Notes: generated from the sequence alone by a model not told the origin. DNA of 64,000 nt from a bacterium (GCA_018401295.1 JAGYLJ010000001.1:27901-91900), one strand, 5' to 3'. Shown: positions 19,529 through 28,579, numbered from the stretch's first letter. Program-made: numbers and translations.

Positions 19529-20146
19529 TTACAAAGATTCTCCTTCAAAATTTTGTTCTACTTCAACAAATTGCATAGTAATTGGGTCAAGTTTAAGCCA
19601 TATACTTTTACCAATTGAAGGTTGAGTGGTGAACGGCTCATCTGGCAAACGAATAGCATAATTAACCACGATAACGTTTTGTCTGTTGGTTCCTACTGAC
19701 GTTATTCCTTCATCTATTCCTGTTGTTTGAGGGGCAATACGATCACCTAAAAATATAGCCTCTGAACCTAAATATCCCTCAGGTGTATTAAGGGCTGCGA
19801 CAAGATAAAAGAAAATTCCACTTCCACCTGTTTCCTGAGTTAAAAGAAAGGCCACATCTTCACTGTCATCATCATTAAAATCGTGTTTAACTTCGTTGCC
19901 AAAATAACGAGTAATGATTTTTGTTGTTGAGTTGGATGTTGCTTCGATTTCAGACAATCCGTTGTTAAGAGTAACAGGTTCTCCCTCAATTATGTATGTT
20001 GCGTTTTTGTAATCTTTCGGTAAAACTTGATTGTCTACTTTTTCTTTGTTTGAATATGATTTCAAAATAATAAAGCCAGCTGTTAACGTTATTATAATAA
20101 GGACTATTAAGATAATATAATTTTTTTTCATAGTGCTAGTATACAT
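19529..20146 (-). CDS. Exported hypothetical protein
   Basis: 205-aa ORF with an N-terminal TM/signal anchor. Confidence 0.4.
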   Translation of the reverse strand: MYTSTMKKNYIILIVLIIITLTAGFIILKSYSNKEKVDNQVLPKDYKNATYIIEGEPVTLNNGLSEIEATSNSTTKIITRYFGNEVKHDFNDDDSEDVAFLLTQETGGSGIFFYLVAALNTPEGYLGSEAIFLGDRIAPQTTGIDEGITSVGTNRQNVIVVNYAIRLPDEPFTTQPSIGKSIWLKLDPITMQFVEVEQNFEGESL

Positions 20147-20256
20147 TAAAATAGTTCGAACCTAAACTTTTTTGTTTGGTTTACAGTCAGTAATCGTTTT
20201 AACTTCTTGTATATCTTCTCTTTAAAAAGAGAAAGACAACATGGTATAATTAGTTT

Positions 20257-21027
20257 ATGATTAATTATCAAGAAATTGAAAAATACTCTTACGCAAAGTA
20301 TATTTTTGAATTACAAAAACTTTGTCATATACATAAAGTTGATATAAAAATAATCGGTTATGAAAAATTTGAAAAAATAGACGAATCCTATCCTATTTAT
20401 AGAATAGAAATAAATCCTAAGGCTAAAAAAAGAATGTGTATAATGGCAGGGGTTCAGGCCTATGAAATTGCTGGCCCTTTGACCATGCTTGAATTATTCC
20501 AAGACCCTCATTCTTTTTTTGATAAGGATGTTTGTTATAGAATTTATCCTTTATTAAACCCAACTTCTTTTGATTTAAGACAGAGACCGGATGATGACGG
20601 TGTTGATCTTAATGAATTAACACCTCAATCTATAAGAGGAAGAAAATTTGGTGAAGTAAAATGTTTCTATGAAGATATTAAAGATTGGGAAATGGATATT
20701 TTCGTTAGTTTACATGAAGATGTTGATTCAAGTTTTTTTTATATGTATGTTTACGAGAATGAAAAAGTCCCTGTTTATAGAAAAATAATAGAAAGATGGA
20801 ACCTTGAACCAGGCTTGGTTTTAAAAGATAAAAAAATATACGGTGATATTACTGATGGTAATGGAATTTTAATTAACAAATATGATAATTCTATAGAAGA
20901 TTATTTGTATTCTAAAAAAATGACAAAAATTTCTTTATGCACAGAAACTCCCGGTTTATTGCCTTTGGAAAAAAGAATTAAAATGAACATAGAAAACATC
21001 AGGATCCTAAAAAGATCTTTGTTTTAA
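20257..21027 (+). CDS. M14/succinylglutamate-desuccinylase-like domain protein (possibly non-canonical metal site)
   Basis: 'MAGVQAYEIAG', 'YPLLNPTSFD' and 'SLHED' resemble the M14/AstE-AspA layout. Weak, by eye only. Confidence 0.35.
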   Translation: MINYQEIEKYSYAKYIFELQKLCHIHKVDIKIIGYEKFEKIDESYPIYRIEINPKAKKRMCIMAGVQAYEIAGPLTMLELFQDPHSFFDKDVCYRIYPLLNPTSFDLRQRPDDDGVDLNELTPQSIRGRKFGEVKCFYEDIKDWEMDIFVSLHEDVDSSFFYMYVYENEKVPVYRKIIERWNLEPGLVLKDKKIYGDITDGNGILINKYDNSIEDYLYSKKMTKISLCTETPGLLPLEKRIKMNIENIRILKRSLF

Positions 21028-21047
21028 ACATATTAAAAGGGGAGTAA

Positions 21048-21449
21048 TTAGTTATTTAAGCACATTGTTTCTTTTGAAACTGTGCCCATAATTATTTGTT
21101 TGACGCACCCTGTTACTAATTCGTCAGGATAGCAAGTTCCCTCTATATTTTTTAGGGGGTCATCAATGAGAATGATTTTTTGTTCTTCGGTTAATGTTGG
21201 TGGAAAACAAACTCCACTTTTACACTGACCACCGTCGGTACATATTTCACCAGATTCTTTATAAGATAAAAGACAGAAATTTTCTTCAACCGACCACTTT
21301 CCACCTGCAACTTCGCAGTCTTGTTTATTTCCTGGTTGATTATGCCCCGGCAAAAGTGAATATAAAATACCTAAAGAAATCCCAGATAAGATAATAATTA
21401 TAATAACCACGGAAATGATTATTAGGTTTTTATTTTCTTTTAAGTTCAT
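21048..21449 (-). CDS. Cys-rich exported hypothetical protein
   Basis: 133-aa ORF with an N-terminal TM anchor and 8 Cys. Confidence 0.4.
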   Translation of the reverse strand: MNLKENKNLIIISVVIIIIILSGISLGILYSLLPGHNQPGNKQDCEVAGGKWSVEENFCLLSYKESGEICTDGGQCKSGVCFPPTLTEEQKIILIDDPLKNIEGTCYPDELVTGCVKQIIMGTVSKETMCLNN

Positions 21450-21535
21450 ATCTATAATACTATCAAGAAACAGCCTTATTAGCGATATTTTTGGCGTAGT
21501 TGATTAAGTATTCTTTTTTATTGTTAGGAATGTAA

Positions 21536-21919
21536 TTAAAACATTCTCCAGAAATCTCTAAAATATTCTTCTTGTTTTTTGAAATAATCTTCCATTGCTT
21601 TCTGTTTTTCTAGTATCTCGTTGTGAATTTGATCTACATCTTCTTTTGTTAATGGGCTAGAAGTAGAGTAAGTTGTAGAATCTTTGCCATCAAAGGTGGT
21701 TACCATTTCACTACGAAAACCGTAGGGTGATGAAATCGTTTGAGTTGTTGCATCGTCTTGAGTTAGCTTGTTAGTTTTATTTTCATCGATTGTTGTAATC
21801 ATCTTATCGGTATTGTTGAACTGATAAAGATTTGCTCCAATACTTACTAATAATAATGCTAATAAAAACAAGATATTGTTTTTTAGATATCCTAATGTAT
21901 CTTCTTTTTTATTTTCCAT
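21536..21919 (-). CDS. Membrane-anchored hypothetical protein
   Basis: 127-aa ORF with a single N-terminal TM. Confidence 0.35.
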   Translation of the reverse strand: MENKKEDTLGYLKNNILFLLALLLVSIGANLYQFNNTDKMITTIDENKTNKLTQDDATTQTISSPYGFRSEMVTTFDGKDSTTYSTSSPLTKEDVDQIHNEILEKQKAMEDYFKKQEEYFRDFWRMF

Positions 21920-22014
21920 ATATTTTATTTAAATTAAAGATTCTAATAAAATTAGGGTAAATAAGATCTTGTTTAGCATTATATTACAAAGATATATTTT
22001 TTTTCAAGTTTAAA

Positions 22015-22440
22015 TTAATTATTGGTTGGCCAGATATAATCTATCTTAGGTTTTTCTTTCCAGTTAAATTTTTTGTAGTGGGATTGATTCTTTTTAAGAA
22101 GGGCGGCTCTGTGCGATGAATGAAATTTTTCATTGCCTAACCAATTCGGGTAGATTACTTTGCCAAATCTTAAAGGTCTCATTGGGGTTTTCACTTTCTC
22201 TCTTGTCTTGATTTCTTTAAGCATCTCATTTGCATATTCTTTCAGTGAATTAGAATATCCTTCCCACATGAACCTTGCTGGATGGTTAAGAAAACCTCTA
22301 TATTTTCTACCGGATTTAGTTTTTCCCGTCGTAATAATATTTATTATCTGCCTGGCTTCAACCAATTGTTTAAACAATCTTTTATCATCCAAAACTTCAG
22401 CAGTTTTTTTAAAGTCCTTATAGGGTAAAAATGTTTGCAT
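22015..22440 (-). CDS. Conserved 'MQTFLPY' family protein (MSMEG_6728-like; putative DNA-glycosylase-related)
   Basis: The N-terminus 'MQTFLPYKDFKKTAEVLDDKRLFKQLVEARQII' matches a widespread conserved family as I recall it. The function is not established. Confidence 0.4.
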   Translation of the reverse strand: MQTFLPYKDFKKTAEVLDDKRLFKQLVEARQIINIITTGKTKSGRKYRGFLNHPARFMWEGYSNSLKEYANEMLKEIKTREKVKTPMRPLRFGKVIYPNWLGNEKFHSSHRAALLKKNQSHYKKFNWKEKPKIDYIWPTNN

Positions 22441-22541
22441 GATTACTTTTTAGATTTCTTCTTTGTGAGATATAAAAATTTAGATAAAGGCTTATTAATA
22501 TAAGAGCTATATCTAAAAATAAAGTTATTTTAGTCTGCTTT

Positions 22542-23132
22542 TTATATAGTAATATCTCTTCTTTCTTTGACAAATCCTATACGTTTATTCTGTTCTGTCT
22601 TTTTTATAAAATGAGTAAGAGCTTTTTCATACTTATCTATTCCGTGTTGTTTTTGGCTTTCAATATAAGCGACCCTGATGCGTTGATATGAAGGTGGCAT
22701 TTTCTTAAAATATTTCCAAGCATCTTTATTAGCTCGTAATGCTTTTAATATATTTGCAGAAATTATGAAATCTCGTGGACTGTCTATTTCTGGATTGAAT
22801 ACATAGGAGACGGATTCAAACCCCCATTTTGTCATTTTTTTCTCACTTATAAGTTCATAAATGCGTTCTTTATTCATTTGAGATAACTGGCTTTTTGATT
22901 TACGCAACGAGAAGCGTTGGGCAAAAGTTTCATTATCAATTTTTTTGATGATACTATCAATCCATCCATAACAAAGAGCCTCTAACACTGCGTCATCATA
23001 AGAAATACGAGGTTTATTAGTCTCTTTGCGATAATATATAAGCCACACTTCCTTTTGATTTTTATGATTTTTTGCTAGCCATCTTCGCCAATCTTTTCTA
23101 TTAGTTACATAAAGAGTATTTTTGATTTCCAT
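22542..23132 (-). CDS. YdeI/OmpD-associated family protein
   Basis: 'WRRWLAKNH....VWLIYYRK', 'ISYDDAVLEALCYGWIDS' and 'RFSLRKSKS.LSQMNKERI' form the characteristic YdeI pattern. Confidence 0.65.
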   Translation of the reverse strand: MEIKNTLYVTNRKDWRRWLAKNHKNQKEVWLIYYRKETNKPRISYDDAVLEALCYGWIDSIIKKIDNETFAQRFSLRKSKSQLSQMNKERIYELISEKKMTKWGFESVSYVFNPEIDSPRDFIISANILKALRANKDAWKYFKKMPPSYQRIRVAYIESQKQHGIDKYEKALTHFIKKTEQNKRIGFVKERRDITI

Positions 23133-23223
23133 ATTTTAATAATAACAAAAACACTCAAGAGTTCCAACCAAATTTAAGTTTAAAAACGTTGACTAACTGA
23201 CTACATTTTTTCCATTTTTTTTG

Positions 23224-23472
23224 CTACTTTTTATCTCTTTCAACCACAATGGTGCATTTTGTGGTAAGTGCTGCTAAAGTTCCAACCATTGCCAGAACAG
23301 GTGCAATAAGAACACCTATTGCCCCAACTGTTAATGGTATTTCTACTACTGTCTTATTTTCTTCATTTCTGATACTAATTTTTCTTACATTCCCCTCGTG
23401 TATAATTTCTTTGATTTTTTTTAGTAAATCTTCTCCACTTACTTTAAATTCCTCTTTCTCATTTGTTTCCAT
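23224..23472 (-). CDS. DUF4342 domain protein
   Basis: 'VSGEDLLKKIKEIIHEGNVRKISIRNEENKTVVEIPLTVGAIGVLIAPVLAMVG' matches the DUF4342 pattern. Confidence 0.6.
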   Translation of the reverse strand: METNEKEEFKVSGEDLLKKIKEIIHEGNVRKISIRNEENKTVVEIPLTVGAIGVLIAPVLAMVGTLAALTTKCTIVVERDKK

Positions 23473-23600
23473 ATCTATTTAAGCCGTGAAAGTTTTGAAC
23501 TTATTACAGTTAGAATATAAAAGCCAATTTCTTTGTCTAGTAAATAGCCTGTCTGCTTTTGGAGCGACGTTCGGATTTTTTGTTTGTTGGGTAGAAAATA

Positions 23601-23636
23601 AGAAAAACCCACCAAAGTCGATTTTTCTATTGGTGG
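23601..23636 (-). terminator. Rho-independent terminator of 23640..23849
   Basis: Minus strand: ccaccaa-N14-ttggtgg followed by gtttttct. Confidence 0.5.
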
Positions 23637-23639
23637 AAT

Positions 23640-23849
23640 TTAAAGTTGTCCATCTTTTTCCCAACAATCACAACAGACTGGACCGTTCTCTGTTATGTAA
23701 TGTCCTTCAGTTTTTCTTACCTCTTTGCATAAATTACATATCTCCTGTTTTTTGAATGACTCGCATGTTCTACATAATGGGATACAAATTTGTCTTTCAC
23801 ACCTTATACACTTTATTACATCTTTACATTCGTTATTACAGATTATCAT
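23640..23849 (-). CDS. Small Cys-rich (multi-CxxC) zinc-binding protein, unknown function
   Basis: 69 aa with 14 Cys arranged as CxxC pairs. Confidence 0.45.
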   Translation of the reverse strand: MIICNNECKDVIKCIRCERQICIPLCRTCESFKKQEICNLCKEVRKTEGHYITENGPVCCDCWEKDGQL

Positions 23850-23974
23850 GTCTCCTACCTCCTATATAATTTAATTTAAGTAAAAAAACAAACTCCCTAT
23901 TTTTAAGTATAGGAAATCATAAAAACAAAGTAAAGGGGTCCGAATATGGTGAAAAGTCTCGTCTTTAATATTCC

Positions 23975-25153
23975 TTACCAATTTAAATCAGCCTCTTTTG
24001 ATTGTATTCCTCTCCATTTTGCATATAACCAGCGTCCTTTTCGTTCTAATATCCACCACACCAATAGGACAAGAGCCGAGATATTTAACCACATAGGAGT
24101 AGGGGAGAGTTCATTTGATAATTCCCACAAGTTTACCCATCGGACGTTAATATACCCATCAACCGTCTCAACATTATTTATCAAAGATATATCTTCTTCG
24201 TTTAAATTGGTTATGTTTCTTTCAGCTCTTTCAATTTGAGAATTAATTTGGTTAATTTGTGTACGATAGTCTTTGTTTGCTTTCGATAACTCTCCTTGTA
24301 GAGTAGTTAAACGAGTTAAAGACGTTGCCAACTGTTGGCGCAAAAGATTTAAAGCCCCTTGGTCGTTCTCACCTGTGTTTTCTATGGTAATTTTAAGGGC
24401 TTGAATTTGAGATTCAAGGGTGGTTATTTGAGCTTCAATAGATTTGATTTGTTGTTTATAGAAGTTATCTAAGTTAATTTTTTTCTGCCTCAGTTCAGAC
24501 AGGGATTCTTCTTCGTTTTCCATTCTTTGTTCAATATCCTGTTTTTGATACAAAAGATTCGATGATGAAGTGTTTTCTACAATTAATTTTTTATTGGTAA
24601 TCTCTTCTATTTCAGATTTGAATTCAAAAAAATTGTTTTTTGGGATAACAAAGGAGATATACCCATATTTTTCAGAATCATTAACGTTATCTATTCTTCC
24701 GCTGACTTGTTGGACAAGTAACCCAACTTCCCTTATGATCCTCGAAACGTTTCTTGTCTTAATATTAGAGGAATAATTTAACTTTAGAAATTCTCGGGTA
24801 TCGGTAATATCATTAAGGGTATCGTAATAACGAGGAGCCATTGTTTTATAAGCAAAATCTTCGGTATTTGTTTCCATTTCCACCTGTTCCATAACAGAAG
24901 TGTTAAAGACTTCTGTCATCTTACCATTGGGAACGTTCCCTATAATCATGATTACCATTACGACAGTAATTGGAATTAATCTCCACCCCCATGCATATTT
25001 CGAACTAAGGGGGCTTATTATAGACTGGTTATGATCACCTATTGGGAAGTGCTTCATGTATTCTGTTATTGTATCGTGCATTTTCTCACTTTCTTTTTTA
25101 CTGAGATGAATATTTTTTAAAGCATCGGTGATTTTTTTGAATTGATTAGTCAT
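23975..25153 (-). CDS. DUF4349-type membrane protein, probable anti-sigma partner
   Basis: Sits 4 nt downstream of the ECF sigma gene. TM after about 55 aa, coiled-coil segment and terminal TM, as in DUF4349 proteins. Confidence 0.6.
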   Translation of the reverse strand: MTNQFKKITDALKNIHLSKKESEKMHDTITEYMKHFPIGDHNQSIISPLSSKYAWGWRLIPITVVMVIMIIGNVPNGKMTEVFNTSVMEQVEMETNTEDFAYKTMAPRYYDTLNDITDTREFLKLNYSSNIKTRNVSRIIREVGLLVQQVSGRIDNVNDSEKYGYISFVIPKNNFFEFKSEIEEITNKKLIVENTSSSNLLYQKQDIEQRMENEEESLSELRQKKINLDNFYKQQIKSIEAQITTLESQIQALKITIENTGENDQGALNLLRQQLATSLTRLTTLQGELSKANKDYRTQINQINSQIERAERNITNLNEEDISLINNVETVDGYINVRWVNLWELSNELSPTPMWLNISALVLLVWWILERKGRWLYAKWRGIQSKEADLNW

Positions 25154-25157
25154 GATG

Positions 25158-25649
25158 TTAGTTTTTAGTTAGTTCTTTTAATGAAGCAAGACCCCGGTGA
25201 ATCCTTACTGATATTGCGTTTTCTTTTTCTCCTAAATGCTTGGCGATTTCTTTAGGAGACCATCCTTCCACAAATCGTAACATTACAACTGTTTTGGATT
25301 TTGCATCAAGTTTGTTTAATAGAGATAAAGCCCATTTTCCTTCGGCTTCAAGGGAAGGATCTTTGGTATGTTGTTCGTCTGGAATTTGTGAGGCGTCTTT
25401 TTCGTCGAGAGGGAGAGCTTTCTTTTTTCGATACCAGTCAATAATCAAGTTATTGAGAGTGGTAAACAAAAAGGCTTTTAGGTTTTTGATAGCTTTTCCT
25501 TCATATAAATGTTTCCAGGTTTTCATAAAGGCCTCTTGGGTAAGGTCGAGTGCCTGTTCTCGGTTACTTACGCGAACATAACAATACCGAAACATTGCGT
25601 CGGAATAATCGGTATGAGCTGTCACAAATTTTTCTTGAACTTTATTCAT
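25158..25649 (-). CDS. ECF-type RNA polymerase sigma-70 factor
   Basis: Region 2 'DLTQEAFMKTWKHL' and region 4 'MLRFVEGWSPKEIAKHLGEKENAISVRIHRGL'. Confidence 0.85.
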   Translation of the reverse strand: MNKVQEKFVTAHTDYSDAMFRYCYVRVSNREQALDLTQEAFMKTWKHLYEGKAIKNLKAFLFTTLNNLIIDWYRKKKALPLDEKDASQIPDEQHTKDPSLEAEGKWALSLLNKLDAKSKTVVMLRFVEGWSPKEIAKHLGEKENAISVRIHRGLASLKELTKN

Positions 25650-25754
25650 ATGTTTCGTGTTAATAATATAGACGTATGTAACCAGGTTTTCTTACGAGAT
25701 CTATTTTATACCACTGTGTTTACTTTAACGAACTTGATTATATATTAAATTCAA

Positions 25755-25783
25755 TAAAAAAGACCCCTTTTTGTTGTAGGGTC
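25755..25783 (-). terminator. Probable rho-independent terminator of 25836..26567
   Basis: Minus strand: gaccc-N12-gggtc followed by tttttt. Confidence 0.4.
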
Positions 25784-25835
25784 CTAAAAAGGGTTCTTTC
25801 CACCATTATTTACCCTGGGGGGCAGATAACTTGCG

Positions 25836-26567
25836 TTAAATTGCAGGTCTAATCTCAATATATCTCTTTTTCCAAGCACTTTTAAATTTTTCTACAGAAA
25901 TTTTTCCTTGGCCGTCGGCCGGGTCGCTGTAATTTAAAGTATCACCATCAATACCGTTGATGACAACGAGGTGGGGAATTGGGTTTGTTGGTTCAAAAGT
26001 GTAATGAACTGAAGCAATGACAGGGCCTTCCTTCAGAGACATTTCAAGTTTTCCAAAAGCTGTTTCAATATTAGATGATGAATAGTCATGAGTTTTCCCC
26101 GAGAGCCCGTGATTTTCTGCCAGTAGTGCCAATCCTTGGTGTGACCAACCTGCGTTCTTTATATAGGCACCAGATTTTATTCCTTCGTCAAGTAGGGAAT
26201 CAGTCGTAATTTCTTGGGGTTTGTAATAATTAATAAGCATATTCAAACTGGCAATTCCACAACCGATTTTTTTCCAACTTACAGTACTGATGTCACTAAA
26301 TTGTGAAAAGTAGGGAACGTCAAAAAAACTTATTGAAGTTGAGGTAGATTCAATCTTTGTTTTAACAGGTTCTCTAAAAATTTCTAGTGTTTTTGGTTTG
26401 ATTGGAGAAGAGTTTATTTTTTCTATAAATTGTAAACTATTTTTTAGAATTTCTTTTTTAATTGGCGAGTCAATTTCGGAATTAACAGGTGTTGCATCAA
26501 AAAAAACCAAAAAGGTGCTTAAAGCACCTGTAATTAATATTATGAAAGTGATTTTTTTATACCTCAA
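25836..26567 (-). CDS. Exported C39-like cysteine peptidase domain protein
   Basis: 'FDVPYFSQFSD...WKKIGCGIASLNMLINYY' is the typical Peptidase_C39_2 N-terminal Cys motif. His lies in 'IPHLVVINGIDGD'. Confidence 0.6.
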   Translation of the reverse strand: MRYKKITFIILITGALSTFLVFFDATPVNSEIDSPIKKEILKNSLQFIEKINSSPIKPKTLEIFREPVKTKIESTSTSISFFDVPYFSQFSDISTVSWKKIGCGIASLNMLINYYKPQEITTDSLLDEGIKSGAYIKNAGWSHQGLALLAENHGLSGKTHDYSSSNIETAFGKLEMSLKEGPVIASVHYTFEPTNPIPHLVVINGIDGDTLNYSDPADGQGKISVEKFKSAWKKRYIEIRPAI

Positions 26568-26639
26568 ATCACCTAGAAGTTTACATCATCCATTCGGTCT
26601 CCACAATTAACTTTCTTGTAAAGTTGTTGTCTGATTTAT

Positions 26640-27590
26640 TTAGTCTTTTACGATTACATGAGTCCCTATTCCTGCCCAATTATACAATTTACGAGCAATG
26701 TCTGGGGGAAGATTAACACAACCATGAGAATATTCTTCTCCAAAACTAGTATGCCAATATGCTCCGTGTATGACTGCTCCTCCGTGGGTAAAATATAGAT
26801 TCCATGGGACGCCAGGTAAGTCGTAATAATTACTACCAGTAATTTCTGGAATCGGTCCTTGCATGTATCGGCTCGGAGTTTTCCTAAAAATAATAAACTC
26901 TCCTTTGGGAGTAGGGCTTAATTCCAAGCCAGTAGATATTTTTTCTTCCATAAATAATTTATCGTCTTCATAGGCATAAAGAGTTTGTGTTGAGCGCTCA
27001 ACAATGATTTTTTTTGTAGTTGTAGTGGCATATTCGGTATTTGTTGTCGTTTTTATTCCTTCATCAAGAAGCACTTTTACGTAATTTGAGTTTACATAAA
27101 AATCTCCCTCTGCTCTTTCTGGATAACGAAGCCATTCATCAAAAACAATTTTGTACCAAACTTGTCCATCTCGTTCAACTTTTCCATCAACTTTTAATAT
27201 GAGGGAGTTTCTTAGTTGTTTTACTATAGGGTATTCTTCCCCTGGTCCAGAGCGAAGATTTAAACATTCTCCTTCAAAGTGAGGACCACATCCATCTGTA
27301 ACCTCAACATATTCAAAAAGTGGTTTTTTAATAGGAATAATTATGTCATCTGATGGATCGTCATTGGTACATTTGATCATAGCAACTTGTTCTTCGTGAA
27401 GAAATGGACTTGTCGCAGCTTCAAGGATTTTCAGTTCGTTAGTATTTATATAACTTTGCAGATTAGATGTCCTTATGTTTGTAAGGATATCTGGTTTGAT
27501 TATTATTAAAATAATAAAAGAAGTAAGGATAAATATTGTTCCTAACAAGATAAAGATTATTTGATCGTGATATTTTCTGGTTACGTACAT
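26640..27590 (-). CDS. L,D-transpeptidase (YkuD domain) with an SH3-like domain
   Basis: 'HGAYWHTSFGEEYSHGCVNL' is the catalytic His/Cys motif. N-terminal TM anchor. Confidence 0.85.
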   Translation of the reverse strand: MYVTRKYHDQIIFILLGTIFILTSFIILIIIKPDILTNIRTSNLQSYINTNELKILEAATSPFLHEEQVAMIKCTNDDPSDDIIIPIKKPLFEYVEVTDGCGPHFEGECLNLRSGPGEEYPIVKQLRNSLILKVDGKVERDGQVWYKIVFDEWLRYPERAEGDFYVNSNYVKVLLDEGIKTTTNTEYATTTTKKIIVERSTQTLYAYEDDKLFMEEKISTGLELSPTPKGEFIIFRKTPSRYMQGPIPEITGSNYYDLPGVPWNLYFTHGGAVIHGAYWHTSFGEEYSHGCVNLPPDIARKLYNWAGIGTHVIVKD

Positions 27591-27597
27591 AATATAA

Positions 27598-27750
27598 CTA
27601 TTTTAGTGGATTTTCTCCGCGGATGACTCTAATTAAAAACAGAATAATAGCTATAACTAAAAGGATATGAATAAATCCTCCTAAAATATGGAAACCGACA
27701 AAACCCAAAAGCCATAAAACTATTAAAATAATTGCAATTGTTGTAAGCAT
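27598..27750 (-). CDS. lmo0937-family small membrane protein (50 aa; below the ORF-track cutoff)
   Basis: Manual translation gives MLTTIAIILIVLWLLGFVGFHILGGFIHILLVIAIILFLIRVIRGENPLK*, which is the 'VLWLLGF....GGFIHILLVIAII' signature of this family. Confidence 0.6.
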   Translation of the reverse strand: MLTTIAIILIVLWLLGFVGFHILGGFIHILLVIAIILFLIRVIRGENPLK

Positions 27751-27840
27751 AGAATTAAAAATTAAATAATTGATAATGCATTAAATATGGACTTAATTAA
27801 TAAAATAGATACCTAAATAGCCGTCCAGATAGACTTTTAA

Positions 27841-27932
27841 TTACAGAAAAGAAGACCTTTTAGATATTTTTTCTCCTTTGGTAAACTCAGGATCAAAATA
27901 TTTCAAGGCTTTTCGAGCCCTATAATGGAAGA
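27841..27932. repeat. Copy of the island-left-end sequence (about 75% identical by eye to 30025..30110)
   Basis: ttacagaaaagaagaccttttagatatttttt...aaaatatttcaaggcttttcgagccc aligns with ttacagaacagtataccttttggatatttttt...aaaatatctcaaaagcttttcgagtcc. Confidence 0.6.
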
Positions 27933-27993
27933 GGACTAAAAAAGCCCTAACGCTAACGCGTCAGGACTTAGCTAGTTTTAGCTTCGGGGAGTG

Positions 27994-28009
27994 TCCGCCA
28001 GCTGGCGGA
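27994..28009. repeat. GC-rich 16-nt perfect palindrome tccgccagctggcgga
   Basis: Self-complementary. A 15/16-identical copy (tccgccggctggcgga) interrupts the tRNA-Asn 5' pseudo-copy at 56925..56940. Confidence 0.7.
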
Positions 28010-28090
28010 GATTGTTCGGACCTGTGTGATGTTAAATATGGTTGGGTAGGGGATAGAAAAACCGCATAAGAGAGAAAAATTGCAAGAATT

Positions 28091-28360
28091 TTAAAATGGA
28101 TGACAAATCTCTTCTTCATCTCCCTCGCAGAAGAAACAACTTTTTTCGACATTAATATAATTTTCTTCTAAAGAATAATTGTAAAAAGTTTTAGAACTGC
28201 ATCCTGCATCTCCTGTACTCCCATATAATTTTATGTTTTCTTCGTTTATTCCTTGGAATTTATCGGGAGTTCCAAACCATTTATATATATTTTTTACTTG
28301 CTCAGGGGTACCTGTTTTTATAATTTCGTTTCTCTGTTCGGTAAGATTTTTATGGTACAA
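28091..28360 (-). CDS. Hypothetical protein; start uncertain (frame stays open about 90 nt further upstream with no canonical start)
   Basis: Protein-like composition. The track start is TTG. The upstream in-frame stretch follows a GGAGGAGG box (complement of 28452..28459). Confidence 0.35.
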   Translation of the reverse strand: MYHKNLTEQRNEIIKTGTPEQVKNIYKWFGTPDKFQGINEENIKLYGSTGDAGCSSKTFYNYSLEENYINVEKSCFFCEGDEEEICHPF

Positions 28361-28530
28361 ATACCAGGGTGTATTTTTACCCCCATCAATATCCTCTCTT
28401 TTTGCTATATTAATTATATCAAGTTTTGTATCGTAAAGGATGAACTTAAAACCTCCTCCACCATATCAACAAGATAATGATGTTCAACTTGTTGATATTG
28501 GTGAAAAACCAGAATTTCGTTAACTTTTTC

Positions 28531-28565
28531 AACCCCTGATTGCTTATGTAATCAGGGGTTTTTTG
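28531..28565 (+). terminator. Strong plus-strand rho-independent terminator with no annotated upstream plus-strand gene
   Basis: aacccctgatt-N8-aatcaggggtt followed by tttttt. Confidence 0.55.
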
Positions 28566-28579
28566 ATATAATAAATAGT

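Noticed and set aside
23479-23755. ORFs 23479..23667 (-) and 23486..23755 (+) in the gap between the DUF4342 gene and the Cys-rich gene.
   Set aside because: They overlap each other and the terminator hairpin at 23609..23636, their composition is poor, and they have no start context.
27751-28152. 63-aa ORF 27961..28152. I also considered that this GC-richer 340-nt gap encodes tmRNA, RNase P RNA or SRP RNA.
   Set aside because: The ORF spans a palindrome and repeat sequence and has no RBS or start context. I also could not find a tRNA-like GGTTCGA...CCA end, a GGAAAGTCCGG/ACAGAA.CCGGCTTA pair or an SRP GGAAGCAGC helix-8 motif on either strand. The 'AAGTCCTGAC' and 'CAGGTCCGAAC' strings are only superficial resemblances. 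An Infernal/Rfam scan would settle this.
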